A stretch of DNA of 22,349 bases from Amoeboradix gromovi X-113 (Eukaryota; Fungi; Sanchytriomycota), in contig JADGIF010000082.1 in the NCBI GenBank assembly GCA_018985225.1, positions 1 through 22,349 of the forward strand. The letters run 5' to 3'. A program made the translations under genes and the position numbers. Each line of letters opens with the position of its first letter. Positions within the stretch are counted from its first letter, which is position 1. The notes beneath the pieces are model-generated. The model saw only the letters and a program-made list of their open reading frames with translations, made no database searches and was not told the DNA's origin. Below are positions 19,824-22,349 of this stretch, piece after piece.

Positions 19824-21653
19824 ATGTCAAAAATGTACCTCTACAACATAGAACTAGTCTCAGAACTACAAATAGATCATCAGAAGCTACACAACGATTT
19901 GACTTGGGTTTTGCAATCAGTCGTAACTGAAAAAGCTGAATCTAATAAAACTCAAATAAAATCAAATGTTCTAGCTTCCCAATCAATAGCTGAGTTAACA
20001 GACACTGTCGTGACTGGGAATTATTTTGCTTTGGGTTTTGGATCTTCTGCATATCTTAGTTCCACTGAAATCTCAAATGAAGTCATTAGCAACGAGAAGA
20101 AATCTATTCAGCTTGAGTTTCGTCATAAAGAATGTTATGAAGTTATTTCATTCGATATACGGATGAGGAAAGAGTTTCGAAAGACTGTTGATGCAATCAA
20201 ATTCAAAGCTGTTGCTTTTAATAAGAGAATTACTTTGGAAGATAATGCTAGGGAATTCTTGGTTCAACATATGAACGACCCAAAAAGGTTACAAATCTTG
20301 GATGATCTTAAAGGGCTTTGCTACTCAGATCCAGTTAATTGTACTGTCATTGTTACCCTAAAGGGGCATAACTATGTTTTTATTACACTAGAGGAAATAA
20401 ATAATAAACAACCCCAATTAAAACGTCCTCGAAAAAACCCAAAGGATCGCGCTAGATTATTGCAAAAAAAAGATGATTTCCTTTCAAATACAGTAAATTG
20501 TATTCAAGGAACGATGTATTGTCCACATGGTAAACATGCTGTGAATTCTGGTTTAAAAAAAAGAAATCAAAGATTGTATTGTCCTATTCATATAAATATG
20601 TGGATTAGAGGAAGCATATCTCATTTTGGAGATTTTAGAAAAATCCCACGAACTGAAGATTACAAGAGCGTCACAGATTGGTTTTCTTTAGACTTGGAAG
20701 AAGTATTATCAAAATTTGGAATAAAAGAAGATTTTTTTCTTAAATATTATAATCTGTCCAGTTTTGATGATATCTATGAAGAGGGCTCCTACTTATCTGA
20801 ACAATCAATAATAGCATCTGTTGAAGACTATTTAATCGAAACTACCATAGACAAAGACGTCGACGTTTTAAAGGATATATTCTGCGAAGATCATAGTTTT
20901 TTTGAAGAAGTTTTGCAAGAATTTCAAAAGACGGATGATCCTATTTGGATTTGTATTGTCGAGCTGTATTATAGCAAAATGAATCCAATTACAAAAGAAA
21001 AATTAGAGGAGCATTTTCATGGTAATGTGAGCGTCTCGCAGTCTATCGATATAAAGCACCCGAGTTGTGAGAAATGTTGCTTGGATGGTCAAAATAGTAA
21101 AGCATTTATAAGAGAACGTTGTGAAGACGATCTCAATGATAGCACCAAAGAAAACTATATTATTATTTACCATGGCAGCAATGGAGATACTTGGATAGAA
21201 TGGTTGGATCGCTGTGTTCCACTTCGACAAGCTAGAGCTGGAGATTTTAATTTGATTGATGAATCTGCCTTTTATTGTTCATTTGACTATGCATCTGCAG
21301 AAGATATGGCTTTTAAACGAAACAATAGGAACTTTGGGGTTGTAGTCAGCTATTGGCTTCATCGTGATTATTCGAAAGATTCGAACTTTTATAACTTTGA
21401 GACTACAACAGACAAATGGGAGAAATCGATTGTAGGATATAGAAGGAACCCTTTAATTGATAATGATATTCGGGCAAAACTCTGTTTACAAGGTCCTAGA
21501 TGTGGCAGAATATTTCAAGTTACGCAAGGAACAGAAGAACCGAAAGAACATGATAATTTTGGCCATCAAATTTGTTTTAAAGAGCAAACATTCTTACAGA
21601 AATACGCTGAATTGAGATCAATAGATTTTATTTTACCAATTGAGACGACATAA
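19824..21653 (+). CDS. Zn finger + ADP-ribosyltransferase-like (DUF3990-like) protein, apparently intact
   Basis: YCPHG...LKKRNQRLYCPIH parallels the paralogue's finger. C-terminal IIYHGS...GDFN...AFYCSFD..SA..MA...GP...QICF. First ATG at 19824. Confidence 0.75.
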   Translation: MSKMYLYNIELVSELQIDHQKLHNDLTWVLQSVVTEKAESNKTQIKSNVLASQSIAELTDTVVTGNYFALGFGSSAYLSSTEISNEVISNEKKSIQLEFRHKECYEVISFDIRMRKEFRKTVDAIKFKAVAFNKRITLEDNAREFLVQHMNDPKRLQILDDLKGLCYSDPVNCTVIVTLKGHNYVFITLEEINNKQPQLKRPRKNPKDRARLLQKKDDFLSNTVNCIQGTMYCPHGKHAVNSGLKKRNQRLYCPIHINMWIRGSISHFGDFRKIPRTEDYKSVTDWFSLDLEEVLSKFGIKEDFFLKYYNLSSFDDIYEEGSYLSEQSIIASVEDYLIETTIDKDVDVLKDIFCEDHSFFEEVLQEFQKTDDPIWICIVELYYSKMNPITKEKLEEHFHGNVSVSQSIDIKHPSCEKCCLDGQNSKAFIRERCEDDLNDSTKENYIIIYHGSNGDTWIEWLDRCVPLRQARAGDFNLIDESAFYCSFDYASAEDMAFKRNNRNFGVVVSYWLHRDYSKDSNFYNFETTTDKWEKSIVGYRRNPLIDNDIRAKLCLQGPRCGRIFQVTQGTEEPKEHDNFGHQICFKEQTFLQKYAELRSIDFILPIETT

Positions 21654-21667
21654 AAGCATAATAATTA

Positions 21668-21925
21668 GAAGGATACACCTCGAAGAAATGCTACAATTGC
21701 AAGAAGGATGCCAATGGGAAAGAATATGGAAAACGAAAGCGACTTAGGACATGCGAAACATGCTCCACAGTCGTCGATCGCGATGTAAACGCAAGCTTGA
21801 ATATACGCGACGTGTTTATTAGTTATACGACAGAGTATAAAAAGCCTAGCTGGCAAATTCGTCCTTTATTGGATGATATCAATATTAAAGGAGCGAGAGG
21901 TCTCAATGGACGCCTCAAGCAATGA
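21668..21925 (+). pseudogene. Fanzor/TnpB C-terminal fragment with intact motifs (Fanzor1-like tail)
   Basis: 85 open codons without ATG: EGYTSKKCYNC...RTCETCSTVVDRDVNASLNIRDVF...KPSWQIR, with RuvC-II Glu, CxxC/CxxC and RuvC-III Asp. Confidence 0.93.
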
Positions 21926-22154
21926 CTTTTATAGCACTAGTTTTACATGTCCCGAATGAAGAAGAAAACAACGAGAGTGAATAAATTGATACATTTCAAG
22001 TAATCTAAATCAACTCTAATTTTTATTAAAAGAAAGTATTTATTCTTTTTTTATTGTCTTGTAGAAAAGTCAAACTGATACCAGTCACGGTGAAATGTTA
22101 ATAGTGAGTAGTTTTTAAATTCTTTCTGTGTGATTTTATTGGTTTGAATAGTTG

Positions 22155-22251
22155 GTCTAGTTTTTATATTTGAATTGCAATGTTATTTTCAAATTGAAAT
22201 ATCTCAAAATGAAAATTTTCGACTTAGTCTAGTTTTTATATTTGATGTCCC
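22155..22251. mobile_element. TIR right end with a subterminal repeat
   Basis: TTAGTCTAGTTTTTATATTTGATGTCCC ends at 22251, nearly identical to the MITE TIR. The 19-mer GTCTAGTTTTTATATTTGA occurs at both 22155 and 22227. Confidence 0.85.
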
Positions 22252-22349
22252 ATTTGTATGTATTTTTATATAATTTCGTGACAACGGAATCAATGGATGT
22301 AACTCTGAATATATCAAATCTAAAGAAATAACTAACAGTTGTAGTATAC

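Noticed and set aside
21640-21670. Splice or readthrough fusion of the ART ORF to the Fanzor fragment
   Set aside because: The frames differ, and there is no GT donor 19-21 nt upstream of the AG at 21667-21668.
114-22251. Recurring 30-bp motif as a CRISPR array or cassette recombination site
   Set aside because: Copies are dispersed and in both orientations, and one pair has a target-site duplication, so they are TIRs.

Overview
AT-rich, extremely compact eukaryotic DNA, most likely from an early-diverging fungus (it has an STK11/LKB1 orthologue, a HAL/NPR-family kinase and a Swa2/auxilin-like gene). Host genes are closely packed and carry four well-supported spliceosomal introns of only 19-21 nt. 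The apparent intergenic DNA is largely Fanzor (eukaryotic TnpB, RNA-guided nuclease) relics that the ORF track misses. There are five clear 3'-end remnants and one weak one. Three are Fanzor2-like and share a conserved, structured 3' non-coding tail that is a candidate omegaRNA (8409-8578 -, 8886-9086 +, 13792-14035 -). Two are Fanzor1-like and run into the ends of a GGGAC...GTCCC terminal-inverted-repeat transposon family with 4-bp target duplications (18015-18700 -, 21668-21925 +). Two paralogous Zn-finger + ADP-ribosyltransferase-like genes (7096-8409 -, 19824-21653 +) each directly abut a Fanzor remnant and point toward a TIR end, suggesting toxin-like cargo in Fanzor-bearing elements. No intact Fanzor or transposase is present. 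All assignments come from manual translation and motif recognition; no searches were run.
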